A stretch of DNA of 64,000 bases from assembly GCA_046563655.1 (NCBI GenBank), contig CM102284.1:2170001-2234000 (forward strand). Reading direction: 5' to 3'. The position numbers and the translations under genes are program-made. The notes below the pieces were generated by a model. That model saw nothing but the letters and a program-made list of their open reading frames with translations, had not been told where the DNA came from and searched no databases. Positions 1-12,000 of this stretch are shown here, piece after piece. Numbering within the stretch: position 1 is the stretch's first letter; each line of letters begins with the position of its first letter. The DNA is from Yuukianura sp. NJ FZ-2021. Its lineage: Eukaryota.

Positions 1-1572
1 GCTGGAGTGTGATGCAAAGTTTCGTTGAGATATAATTGTGAATATTGTGGAGCACTGTCTTCTACAATTAATACAAATAACAACTGAATTAGTTCGAACA
101 AACTAATCGTAAGTTAAACTAATCGTAAGTTAAGATAACATTCAATTACTTGAATTACTTATTACTTATAGAAGCAGCTTACCTGGACCATGTGGCGATG
201 GAAATGAAGCTACGAGCAGAAACGGTTGATTTGGTCTTCTAGGCTTTGGTTGAGGAGGAGACGGAGGAGCGAAACTTCCACTTCCCTCTTCATCATCTTC
301 AGCATCGGAAGTTAACAGATCTTCATTTGTAAATACGTCGTCACCATCATCGTCAGGGATAGGATTTGCCATGCGTTCCAGAAACTTGACAGTATCATTT
401 GCAATTGAGTCTCTGTAAATTCAAAAATGAGGTGTTGAAACGGAAGTTAGAAGGAATTGTCAAAGTTTCGGCCTTACGGATAGTAGTCTCGCTGGTAGTT
501 GTTTCCATAACGGACATTCACTCCATTGCGATTTACTGTGTAATTGTAGAATCTTGAGTTCATCAAAAGGGCATTCCAGTCATCCCAGCCCATCTAACCA
601 AAATAAAATTGAATTCAATTATGGCCAATAGCGCCGCATTTAGCCACGATCGGTAAAGAAAGACTTACGGGAATATGAGATCCATCGTATTTGTTCAAGT
701 ATTTTCCGATATAGGAAGTAAAGTAGCCAGAACCCTGAAGGTAGGCAGCAAATGTCTTGAATTCAAACTTTTCTCTCCAGAATATGCTGCTGCAGTTGTC
801 GTTATTTGTGTAAACTTGATGGTTGTGGACATACCTGAATTCAAGGATAACATCGAACGTTTAAAAAACTTAAAGAAAATTGTAGGCTTTTCTGCTTACA
901 ATCCAGTTAGCATGGAACTTCGAGAAGGGCAGCACATCGGCGTAGTGACATAGCCGTGTCGAAATTCCACTCCATTTTCTCGAAATGCCTTCAAGGTTTC
1001 TGGCATGTACTCCATGCTACCTATGAAAAATGAAATGTTACACCAAAATTCCGGTAACGAAGCGTTAAATGGACTAACCTAGTTCAATATCTTGATCATC
1101 AGTTAGGATAAGAATTATGTTTGGTCTAGGTCCCTTTCCTTCACGTCCTCCATGATACTTTGACTCTGTTCGTCCATGAACACGTTTCGGTTGTTGGGTA
1201 GTCCGACCTGTCAAATCCAAAAATCAAAATCCTCCAGTTACTTCACTGTTACTGTTACTGATATAGTAAATTAAGAAAACAAAGAGTAAATTGAGAAATT
1301 AACTGACCTCTTGGCTTCCTGTCAACTTCCCAAAAAGCATCTGATTTGGGCGGAAACAATGGATTAGAATTGTCATCTCCTGCTTCTTGACCCCTTCGCC
1401 TTCCACGAACCGTTGCTCCGTCAGTATTTCGATATCGGTATCTGTCACCCCCGTTTTCCAGTTTACGTTGAGCCTCGTCCAGGTCAAAGGTACGCAATCC
1501 ACTAACCCAGTCACATAACATTACCAAGTAAATAACTAAACTGCAAGTACTTACAAATTGATTAAATAACAT
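1..1572 (-). CDS. Sulf1: Extracellular heparan-sulfate 6-O-endosulfatase (Sulf1-like), 5' part; continues off the left edge
   Basis: Spliced exons ~1572-1308, 1207-1079, ~1020-898, ~833-670, ~593-478, ~413-183 and ~62-1 give a signal peptide, [23 protein letters not shown], the sulfatase motif [31 protein letters not shown] and [21 protein letters not shown]. These are hallmark SULF sequences, with GT-AG junctions in frame. Confidence 0.95.
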
Positions 1573-1641
1573 TATAAACAACACAACTGAGTTCACTTTC
1601 AATAAAGAAAGTAATTTAAATAATTTTAAAATTTTACATTA

Positions 1642-1938
1642 GGCAGGGTAAGCATGTTTTGTAATCTGAAATCTAGGTACATTGAAAACCAGAAATCGTA
1701 ATGTAGAGGAGTGAGGGTAAGCAAATTTTTCTTAAATGTAGGAGTAAATTTGAATCTAGAGGTTTGCCGCGCGAGAATTTCTCACTTCTCTTTTGAAAAA
1801 CTCCGAACTCTAGATTCAGATTCAAAAACCGAGACGAGTTTTAGGAAAAGGAGAATTGCAATGTAGATTTGAACTCCCGCCAGCTCTACATCACAAAATC
1901 GCTCTCTAGATTTCAGATTGCAAAATGCTTACCCTGCC
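1642..1938. mobile_element. MITE with ~35-bp terminal inverted repeats, flanked by TA
   Basis: Left GGCAGGGTAAGCATGTTTTGTAATCTGAAATCTAG versus reverse complement of right end GGCAGGGTAAGCATTTTGCAATCTGAAATCTAG. TA on both sides; no coding capacity. Confidence 0.8.
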
Positions 1939-2749
1939 TATTCTCTTATACCTAAGTTTCTTCTGTTTTTGTTTTTCCAACTTTTATTTTCTTTTTTTTT
2001 TTTTTTGAAAAAGAAAACAAAGGGACTTTTCACTCAAAAGTTGTGCCTTTGAGTTTTGGGTTTGCCACTTGTGGTTGAGACTCCAACAATTTGAATCTGA
2101 CAGTTAGAACAAAAAAAAAAGCTGACAAAAACTAATGAGAATCTTAATTAGTTAACACTAATAATCCTACTCTTTCAACGGTAATTAAACTTTTTAATGT
2201 ATAGTATAGGTTGATGCATTTGGCAGGGAAAAAAACCGAAACTAGTACAACCCATCGTCTCTCTTCGTAAAATTAATAAAACCGCGGCAAATTCAAATTT
2301 TGAAAACAAAGAATTTTATAAAGTGCGCCAGGTTGCGTTGGGGCAAGGTTCAACGACCAGCATTTCAATCGCACAGTGTTTCCACTTTGCGGCTAACGTC
2401 GTTGGCTGCACTATATGGCTACTTGTTTTGTTGCCACTTTAGGTTTGGTATTCATAAGTTAGAGCGTCTACAAATATTGCCACTAGATGTAGCCGCCAAT
2501 TGTAGACATACAAGATGTGCGGGTGGCTACAATGACGGTCGATAATCCATGATACAAGCCACGTGCCCGTGCATTAGCCGAAAATAAAATAAAATTGTCG
2601 CCCATTTCCAAGCAAAGTCGGTTTTCAATCTGTTTGTTTTGAAATTTCTAACAAAAATAGGGAAAATTAATCAGTTAATAGCCAATTAATATACCAAAAA
2701 GTAGTAGAAGGACTGTGCGGTGTTGAGTTCGATTAACAGGGAGATCGAG

Positions 2750-4939
2750 ATGGAGGGTTTGTCGAAAAAGAAGCAATTTTGCTGGCAGACATTTTGGAAA
2801 CGTGAGAAGACGAAGAGGATATTAGTAGTGTTGATTTTGTTTGCTGTACTTGGCATAGTAATTTGGTATTATGCTCTGTATTATCATTTCCGCCGACAAT
2901 TCCAGTATGGAACAAAGATAGTTCGACGTAAGCTACTAAAAGTATTCAATTAACTAGTAGGAACACAGATGAGAATTAGGCCGAGATGCTACTTTATTAC
3001 TTTGTCGTTTTACTGACTATAGGTTGTTTTGTATTTGCAGTGGACTCACCCACGACTTGTGACATTCCAGTCATTGACCCCTTTTCGACACTTGGGAATG
3101 TTATGATCGAAGCGGAAGGAACAATCGCTGGAGCTCCACTCTGTATCGGTGCTGCCATAAAGTTTAAAGTGGAGTATGAAAAATCTAGATTGGTCCGGGA
3201 CGACTTTGACGCTGAATTCTGGAAAACTGTGGATTGCTGCTACTCGTCGTTTCGTTGGGATTGGGGTTCAGTGAACCAATCTCTACTGTAAATACTTACC
3301 AATTAATCAACCTCCGCTAAATAGGCAAGGAAGCACTGTTTAGCTTATCACTCCTTTAACTTCTTTTTTCAGTAATGGGTCGAACTGTTTTCCCATCGAC
3401 AGTAAATATACGACTGTTCCCATTCAACATATTAACTTGGACATCAAGTGCAGCGACAAACAAACTCACAACATTGTCTACCGAGATCAACTTCCAATTT
3501 TTCGAATACGTCCGGAAATCGAAGCGAAGGTTGATAAAGTTTCTTTTAACACAAAGAACAAGAAGGACCGGATGTCAGTTGTTATTCTTGGCCTGGATTC
3601 CGTCTCACACCCAAATTTCATTCGGTACATGCCAAAGTCTCGCAAATTTCTTTTAGAAAATCTCTCAGCCATCGAGTTTCACGGGTTCAACAAAGTTGGA
3701 AAGGGAACACTAGAAAATCTTATTGCTATGTTTAGTGGATGCCAATTCAATTCATTCGGACTAGCATCACCCGTAGAAGATCACTGCAAGTTGCTTTGGA
3801 AGTATTACCACGACAGAGGATTCAGAACCGTATACTTTGAAGATAATTCGTTCAATGAACAGCACGTCTTTTCCAGAATTCTAAAAAATAGTAGTTCTGG
3901 GGTGGTTTCGCACTATAATTTCTCCGATTTCGTGCGTGGGATGAAATGGATTGATGAACATGAAATGCAAAACAGTTACGAAGACGGTTATGGATGCTTT
4001 GACAATCAATTTTTGATGGACGTCTATACTCAACCAATTATCGAAATCGCCAAAATGTTTTTGAGGAAGCCATATTTCCACTTCACTTGGTTTGGTAAAA
4101 CAACCCATGTTGTCATGCGCAATACAAAATTCAGTGACGATCCTCTCCACAGAATCATGACACAACTCCGGGACCTCCAGCTACTCAAAAACACCATTCT
4201 GATCGTCTTATCCGATCACGGTCCATGGTATGGGGATTATGTAGCCAGTCCTGTTGGTATACTGGAGCGATCAATGCCTGTCCTTTACGTCGCATTTCCA
4301 AAATCCTTCAAGAAAAAGTACCCTGTGGCACTGCGTAACATGAAACTGAATAGCAAGCGACTAACGACTCACTACGATCTATACGAAACCCTCGTTCACC
4401 TATCAAATCCGACCAACCTGAAAAATAAACACCTAAAACAACGGAACGAGACGCAGCGGAATTCAAATCGTTTCGGACAGAGTCTCTTCCTGCCTGTTCG
4501 ACTGGACAGAACCTGCGAAACTGCCAACATTCCTTTGGAATTTTGTATGTGCTGGAGCCATTTCCCAATTGTCCGACCGGAGTCTGTGGTCGAAGTTCAA
4601 CAAGCAGCGACATATGCAGTTATTCATCTCAATTCAGAGCTACAGTTGTTTCCACATTGTGCTCGCCTCGAGTTGGAGCACATAAAGGCAGCAAACTGGC
4701 TCTATTCTAGTGCGGAAGACAAGAAATCGAACGACAGAAGCAGTCGCCAGCGATTTGTGGATGTGACGTTTACGACGTCTCCATCGGATGCTGAATTTTT
4801 CGTGACAGTGGAGTTTCACCCGACGTTGAAGATCCATGGTAACGTATTACGGAATAATATTTACAAAGGGGAAAGTGATTGTATTAGTTCGTGGGAAAAT
4901 GCGACTTATGCAAAAACTATGTGCTACTGTATGCAGTAA
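2750..4939 (+). CDS. DUF229-family (alkaline phosphatase/sulfatase-like fold) type II membrane protein
   Basis: Exons 2750-2927, 3041-3287 and 3373-4939 splice in frame. N-terminal TM (ILVVLILFAVLGIVIWYY); DUF229-type motifs MSVVILGLDSVSHPNFIRYMPK, GFNKVG, LSDHG, RLTTHYDLYETL, GQSLFLPV..RTC..ANIP..FCMC and terminal CYC. AATAAA at ~4968. Confidence 0.9.
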
Positions 4940-5145
4940 GTATGTCTTGTGTTTTATTTATTAACCTAATAAATTGTGAATTAACTTTTATTAACATTGT
5001 AAACTGTGTTGCTCAGTTTTTATTTGTTGGACACAAGGAAATCGTGAGTTGTGACGCAGTTGCGACAATTCATCTATATTCGCGGGGAAAAATAATTTTG
5101 AATTTGCAAAGTCCGTTTTTTCGGGTGACCTAACATTAAAGAAAT

Positions 5146-5310
5146 ATATCCTAAGTGGCAACATTTGTAGCCGCTCGAACTTAAAACACCATTATCCTAA
5201 ATATCCTAAAGTGACAACATTTGTAGCCAAGAAAAACTTATCCTAAACTGGGAACATTTGTAGCCGCTCGAACTTAAAATTATCCTAAAGTAGCAACAAC
5301 ATAAGTAGCC
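5146..5310. repeat. Degenerate tandem subterminal repeat (~4 units of TATCCTAAA-GTGGCAACATTTGTAGCC[GCTCGAACTTAAAA])
   Basis: Units visible at ~5147, ~5202, ~5239 and ~5281; they form part of the right arm of the CACAGTG element. Confidence 0.8.
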
Positions 5311-5884
5311 GAAATTTTAGCCATCTAGTGCAACCGCATAGTGGGTACACTGTGGTTAATCCTTACGCCAACCGAACAAAAAATTGAATTGCGTTTGTTT
5401 TTGTTTCCATATGATGACGAGACAGCTGAGAGAGATTTTATCCTGGACTTTCTCGGTTTAATTTGGTTAATTTATTAGGGACTCTGAATTTAAGGTTGTT
5501 CTGCTTCTTCAGAACTTACTTGTTACAACAAAACAAGGAACGAGTACTGAGCTGGTACTGCTGAACTCAGGTAATGTGGATCCATCTTAGTACTAAGTAT
5601 ACATTGTCGAAAGTTCAATAAAAAAAAGTTATTCACATCGTTCGTGCTTATAATAATATATGATGTAAAACTTGACATACAGCTTTTATTGATTACAAGT
5701 GACGTAAACCACAACAACAAATTATACATCGATTTTATAGTTCGTTAGGATACGCAATATTTGGTACCCCATTAACACAAACAAGGCCTAGCTAAATGGT
5801 TTTTTGATTGTTTCAGCTTTCAGCGCTTGGCAAAACGGCACGTTTCAGACTTGAAAATAGGTGCGTCTTCGACCAACGACTAGT

Positions 5885-7785
5885 ATGGTAAGTTGAATTC
5901 TATTTTAATACCCTCAGTTTCTTTGATTGATTGATGACATACTTTTCCAGGATGGAAACTGGCCATCATCAGACTCTCGTCGACCTTCTTCCGGAGGAAT
6001 CATTCCGCCTTCTAACACACAGCGACAGCAGTCGCAAACATCCGCATCAGATGATGAGGAAGAAGATGAGGAATCCGAGTCCTCGGCTCTGTTTAACTTC
6101 AGAAAACAATGGTTACACTACTATCCAATGATACGACGGCACTGCTAAGTGGAGTTACATTTGCAATGACTGATTTTGAATTTTTCAACAGGGAAGCAGA
6201 GCTAAAGAATGTTGCAACAGGACAGAAAGGTCACAAGAACAACACTCCCACGCAACTGTCAACCGGTTCTTCAGTGCCGTTCAGCAACACTCCCACGCAG
6301 TTGTCTGCTGCATCACCATCAAATGCAAACTCCTGCTCTCCGCGACGTCAATCCACCTCTCATACTCCGATTCCACCAGTCGGATCTTCTCCAACTGACA
6401 AGATAGAAGAGGAGGCCAAAAAGTTCTTTTTGATGGGAGTAAGTTTCGAGCGAAGAGGGGATTTGTATGACGCTGTGCGGTTCTATCGAAGAGCAATGCA
6501 GTTGGTTCCTGACATTGAGCGTCTTGTTCAAATGGAACTTCTAGAAGATGAAGTTGGCGGAGGTCAAGGAAATGGACAACTTGAGGACGAACCAAGTGAG
6601 AACCGGGCAACTGGAAGCGAAGAAGTGGACGATGAATCAGATGAGAGATCCCTGTATGGTAAATTCATTCAACGAATTGAGGCCAATGGGTGGAAATTCT
6701 TTGCCAAAGGAAAGGACGACGACAAAGTCCATTTCTCTGACTTTCCTGTCGAAATCCTTATTTACATTTTGAGGTAAATGTAAACATATAATTTATTTTT
6801 AAGTTAATTAAACATTGATTTACAATTATAAGCGGAATTTGTGCTAACATTTTTGATTTATTTTAGGTGGGTGATTTCAAGTGATTTGGACGTAAGGAGT
6901 TTGGATACTCTTGCTACCGTTTGTCGAGGATTCTACTGCTTGAGTCGTGATGAAAAGTTGTGGAAAATGGCATGTGACAGGTAAGCTTTTCGTTTCGTAT
7001 TTGAGTTAATGTAAAAACAAATTGTAATTTGTAGAGTGTGGAAATCTTGTGATATCATGGGATCACAATTCTCCACCTACCGTGAAATGTTTCTGAATCG
7101 ACCTCGAGTTCGTTTTGACGGGTGCTATATCAGCAGAATCACTTACGTCAGACCTGGAGAACATTCGTTCCAGGATGCTTCATACAGGTTCGGTTCGTTC
7201 ATCTACCAAATGTAGACGGAAATTCCTAATTTTTTAAATTTTTGAAGCTTTTTTTTAATTATTCTGTGTTTTAGGCCGTGGCACATGGTGGAATATTTTC
7301 GTTACATCAGATTCTTCCCAGACGGGAAACTCCTATTTCTTACTACAGCTGAGAAGCCTGCAGTCACCGTGGGACTGTTGAGGAGAGACGCAACTTCTCG
7401 AAATCCAACTGTGTTGAGGGGGACGTATCATCTCTATGGAAACAACGTCATCTCAGCATCAGTACGCAAAGTATCCGTGTCACAGTCTCAAGGGGCTGGG
7501 TCAGGACGACCTGGAAAGAACATCAAATCAGCCTTGGAAACCGTAACTGAATTTCAAATGGACTTTGAAATAGAGGAGCTGAAGGGGAAGAGCAATTGGG
7601 TCCTTCGCTGGACCTACTACGCTGTGTACATCAACAACACCAACATCAGAACCAACAACAATGGAGACTTACATGGTGGCGGTGGGATCACGACTACGTT
7701 CGAACTGAGTCCCACCAAGTACCCACCACTTTATTTTTCACGAGTCAAATCCTACACACTCAATTCTGAGGGAATCCTGGAATGA
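5885..7785 (+). CDS. FBXO9: F-box only protein 9
   Basis: ATG|gt at 5885-5887, then exons 5951-6111, 6192-6773, ~6868-6981, ~7035-7187 and ~7275-7785. They encode FRKQWEAEL, TPR-like [36 protein letters not shown]-box [44 protein letters not shown] and [16 protein letters not shown]. Confidence 0.95.
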
Positions 7786-8026
7786 ATTTGATTTTCCATG
7801 ATTTCAGAGCTTTAATCTACAGGAGTTCATTGGGATTTGGTAAATGAAGTACCTAAAACTAGTGAATTGCGAGTAGATAAATCAATTACCTCTTAAGTTT
7901 AAGATGCGCGAACGCCAAAAATTATTTCAATCAAGGTACCATAAGCGACGAGAAAGAAAGCGACTATTAAAGATGGATGTTGGATTGCGCTTGGTTTTGA
8001 TAATAAACTTCAACTGAATTTAATTT

Positions 8027-8190
8027 AAGTTGCGAAAGCTACTTTATGCATCGACCTTGTCTGTCTGTCTTACGGTTTTATCCCCGGTAAGATGGAAAAT
8101 GACACCCAAAAATTGTTCATCTCATTGAGACAAACAACTTTTGTGTACATAGCATGACCCCAGATGACCTTCCGGGTCAAATGTCAACTT
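8027..8190 (+). mobile_element. DINE-1/HINE-like (Helentron-associated) dispersed repeat, partial
   Basis: AAGTTGCGAAAGCTACTTTATGCATCGACCTTGTCTGTCTGTC: a short hairpin followed by a GTCT microsatellite. The same head recurs at ~12057, ~32720(-), ~33093(-), ~37215(-), ~37559(-), ~42450(-), ~55602 and ~59044(-). Confidence 0.6.
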
Positions 8191-9043
8191 TTTTCATTTT
8201 ACCGTTGTTCATAACCATTGTTCACCAATGCGTGTCGGTCTGTCACCATTACCACCTTTTTGCGAATTCAGAATCATCTTAATGTTTTTAAGCTTTTCCA
8301 GCTAAGTTTCAAAATTTCCAAGATCGAAGACCCAGCAGCAGTTTTTCGCATTAGTGTTTTTAATTTTCCAGAATGCAGATCGACTTCATCCTATCATTGT
8401 GAGTATCAAAAAATAGTTCTGAAATTGATTTTTAGTGTTAAAGTGAAGCTGTTTCTTGAACTAATTGTGCATTTTTTGTTAAATTTTTAGGCGTTACTGC
8501 TCTGTTTTGGTGCTTATTAGTTGGAGTTTAGCCCGAAGTTTTTTGTAACAACTCTCCACTTCATGCTTCACTTTTCTGCTTTAAGCTTTTTAGGAAATAC
8601 CGAAGACCAAAAGTCAAATGAAAACCTCATCTTCATCTCAGAAGTTTCACAAAGTCCAAAGGAGAAGCAACCCACGTACTCTCCCTCTTCAAGAAGTTTC
8701 ATCTTCCAAATACCTAAGTGTCCATAACCCACGGAACGAAGGACCAAAGTACATCAGGGGAATACCAGACCCTCAACACAAGGTTAACAACATTTCTCCG
8801 CGCATCGCGTAATTACAATTCCAAGTTCAACAAAAACTATTTTCTGAGTTCTCGCTTTACCAGTGACATTTTCAATTTGTGTCCAGAACCAATCTTCAAA
8901 AAGTGGTCTCAGGCCATGACGTGGAGAAGCTGATCAGTTGACTTGTCAACAGCATCAGTTGGACCGAAGCGTTCCAGTAAAACATGGAAATTGTGCAAAT
9001 CCAGAACTTCATATCCCTGTCACCTAAAAATCTCAGATCAAAT

Positions 9044-12000
9044 ATGACTTTAGGAAGTTTCATCTTTTGCAAATGGCCGTGGAAGAGGAAACGACTGACA
9101 AAAATTGCCAGTTTTTGGAAATTGTCTGTCGCAATTTACTTTCTTCTACTTTCACCTACAACTTCACATCCAGTCGTCTCTAGTCAATCAGATTGTGATT
9201 GGAATGGAAGGTAAGCATTCTCAAATTTTCATTTTTATAGCTCTTTGAAATTGAATTGAAATTTGTTCTTTCAATTACAAATTTTACAAATTTTCATCGG
9301 TATTCAGTGATTTATAGTATTTCTATTCATTTCATTTGTAACGGTTCCGGATTTCAATAGGCCAAAGTGTCAAGTTTTACAAAAAAAAAATTGAAAATAT
9401 TTTCAAAAAAATTGTATTAACGGCAACGCCAAGCCAGAAAAGTGTGCTTGTTCTGAAAACGAAATCCTATTAGTATTTTCTTTCAAAATTTTGCACTGAC
9501 GTGTTTTTTTGAGTGATTTTGAATGGAATGGACTTAATCCTATTAGAAGGTCCTTACAAGGGCCAAAGTAACCATCAAGTGTCAAAATAAGGCTTCAAAG
9601 GGCCCTTCGACACCATTTTGCCTTCCTTTCGTGTCAAAGTCACTTCAAAGTTCATTTTCATTTTCATAACAGTTTTCCTTTTTTGAAAAAAAAAAGTCAA
9701 ATTTTGGAAATATTTAGAACGGAGGTTGAATTAAAGCTACTTTGAAAATATTCCACTCCATCATAAAGTTGACAGGGAAGAGCCCCCACTTGACCCAAAT
9801 GACATGCTCAGAACAATGGCCACTTTCTGTCAATAACACAATGCCTCTTTTCAAAATTTCAAAACAACCATCAACATCCTTATTTCTAAGAAGTTTTCAA
9901 CTTTACAACTGAAATTGAATTAGGATTCTTTGCCTTTTAGCAACAAAGGACACAGTTGAAACAAATTTTTAGCGTTTTCTTGTTCTTGGGTTGTCGTTTT
10001 CCCAATATTTATGTTCACCTTGCTGCACCCTTGAGGACCTTCAGGAGTGATTGATGAGTTCAAGTGGACTCGTTGACACTCTCCAAGTCCCTTGCTTTCA
10101 TACCCAACCAAAACCTGACTTTTATCGCTTCATAAAATTCAGAAAAGTGCAGACCGTAAGGTGTTGCGTTGCCGTAAAACTGCAATTCCTTAAATCTGCT
10201 CAACAACAACAACCTAATAAACTTATTTTCTACTCTAATGCACTTTAAACTTATGACTCTGCAGTCCCTGGGCACTTAAACACCGAACAAGTGGAGTCCA
10301 AGGGGAGCCCTTCTAGCTAAAGCTATTAACATTTTGACCTTAGCGTTTTTCCATTCTCTCCTGGCTCGAGCGAGCACTTTTTACCTTAACACAGTGTATC
10401 CATATCGAACTACGGTGTTAAATTGGAAAGTGGATCCCTTCAAGGGCTCTTTTTTTTTCGTTTTCAGAAACTGATTTTCCGGTGAATCTTTTATGATTAT
10501 GATTTTCCAATGTTTTTGGACTTTCGGTCCCTTCAAGGGGTCCTAAAAGCTTTATGGATTTTACAACCACCTTGTTTTATCATCATTTTAGAAACGTCTG
10601 GAAGCTTTTTCGAATGATTTTAGATTGAAAAGGCAGGTAACGTTCAATAAAGTGATTAGGAGGACTTGAAGGGCCCTTAATGGAACTGTAATGCTGCATT
10701 TCGGCTTCGATGATTCCAGCTACTGATTAGGGATAAATGCTTAAGGGTCGGAACAAAAGTCATAAAGTCGTTTTTTGAAAGTTGCGCTTAAAAGTGTGAC
10801 GCAGACGCTTTTCTTTTGTAATTTGGAACAATCAGAGGTCACGAAAGCTGGAAGCTGACAGCTTAAATCCAGTTTTGAAAAGGATTTAGTCAGTTTTGAA
10901 AAATGCACACAAAGTATAGTTTTTTTTTGTATTTGTGTGTACACGTGATAGTTGTTTTGTAAGGGCCCAGGGCTAAGGACTAATCAGAGCAGAGACAATG
11001 AACAAATAGAAGTAGTGATTGTGTACACAACTGGTTTGACACCATGTTTGACCACTTTCTGGATCCAGCTCACAAGTTAGTCACTTACAATCATAGGTCA
11101 AGTGGAGATAAAGTTTAATCTTATGCTTAAAGCGTTATGCAGGAGCAGCATCCATGACTAACAAAGATTTGGCAATGAACCTCAACTGGGGCACGCTGTA
11201 ACGCATAAAAACGTCAAATTTAAACAACCATTTCGGAATAGAAAGCACGTTTTAGATTATTTTGACTTAAGGGCCCCCTTCTTCCGTAACATTGGAAATT
11301 ATAATTACCAAATTACTTTTGGAAAACCGTAACAAAACTTGTGTTTCTTGTGTTACACTAAAACTTTAAGGGTACCAGAGACTTTAAGCCTTAACAAAAA
11401 AGAAAGTGGAATTTATGACTTTTCAACGTTCCAAAAATAGAATTTCGTTTTGTCTTTGTAACTAATGTTCTTTTTAGTTTTCCAGTTCCCCTCCCTTACA
11501 TTTTTGGAGCCCTTAAGGGACCTAAAAAGCACTAGCCACACCACACCCATCGGCATAACCATAAAGGCATCTGTAGGCACCTGACCTTCCTTAAACCAAA
11601 AAACTGCTCAAGTACCCCCCACTTGTTTTACTCTTGCTCTTAACCCACATGCGTCAATTACTGAAATCGACCAAGGGAAACTGATCATTTCCTTTTCTTT
11701 TTTATTTTTTAGGGATCCCTTAATACTTTCAACTAACATTCCACTCCCCCTCGGATAAGGAACAAGAAGTGTTAAGTGCCCCTGTGACTTAAGGGTCCAG
11801 GCAGATGCATTTCATGCTCGTCTCGTGTTCCCTTGCCCATTGTTTTAAAAAAATGTTGAAGAGCATTTTTGTATGCTGTTGGGTGAGCATTATGAGGTTA
11901 CTTTCTTAAAAAAAGAAGATGAATTCTAGAATTTGTGTAGGTTGTAGCTGGTAGGAGGTCGTTTAGGAAAGGTTAAGGGCGGGGGACCCTTAACTCAGCA

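Larger units (their letters stand above)
2372..5354. mobile_element. Putative non-autonomous Transib-like element (CACAGTG-ended inverted arms) enclosing the DUF229 gene
   Basis: Left arm at 2372 reads CACAGTGTTTCCACTTTGCGGCT..GCACTATATGGCTA..TTGTTGCCACTTTAGG..TAAGTTAGAGCGTCTACAAATATTGCCACT. Reverse complement from 5354 reads CACAGTGTACCCACTATGCGGTTGCACTAGATGGCTA..TTGTTGCTACTTTAGG..TAAGTTCGAGCGGCTACAAATGTT. No intact 5-bp TSD (AATCG vs GTTAA). Confidence 0.5.

Noticed and set aside
5146-5310. Repeat-spacer-like pattern resembling a mini CRISPR array
   Set aside because: Units are degenerate with no unique equal-length spacers and no cas genes, in a eukaryotic context; better explained as TE subterminal repeats.
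10390-10410. Third CACAGTGTATCCA resembling the Transib-like terminus
   Set aside because: Similarity stops after ~13 nt and I found no partner end.
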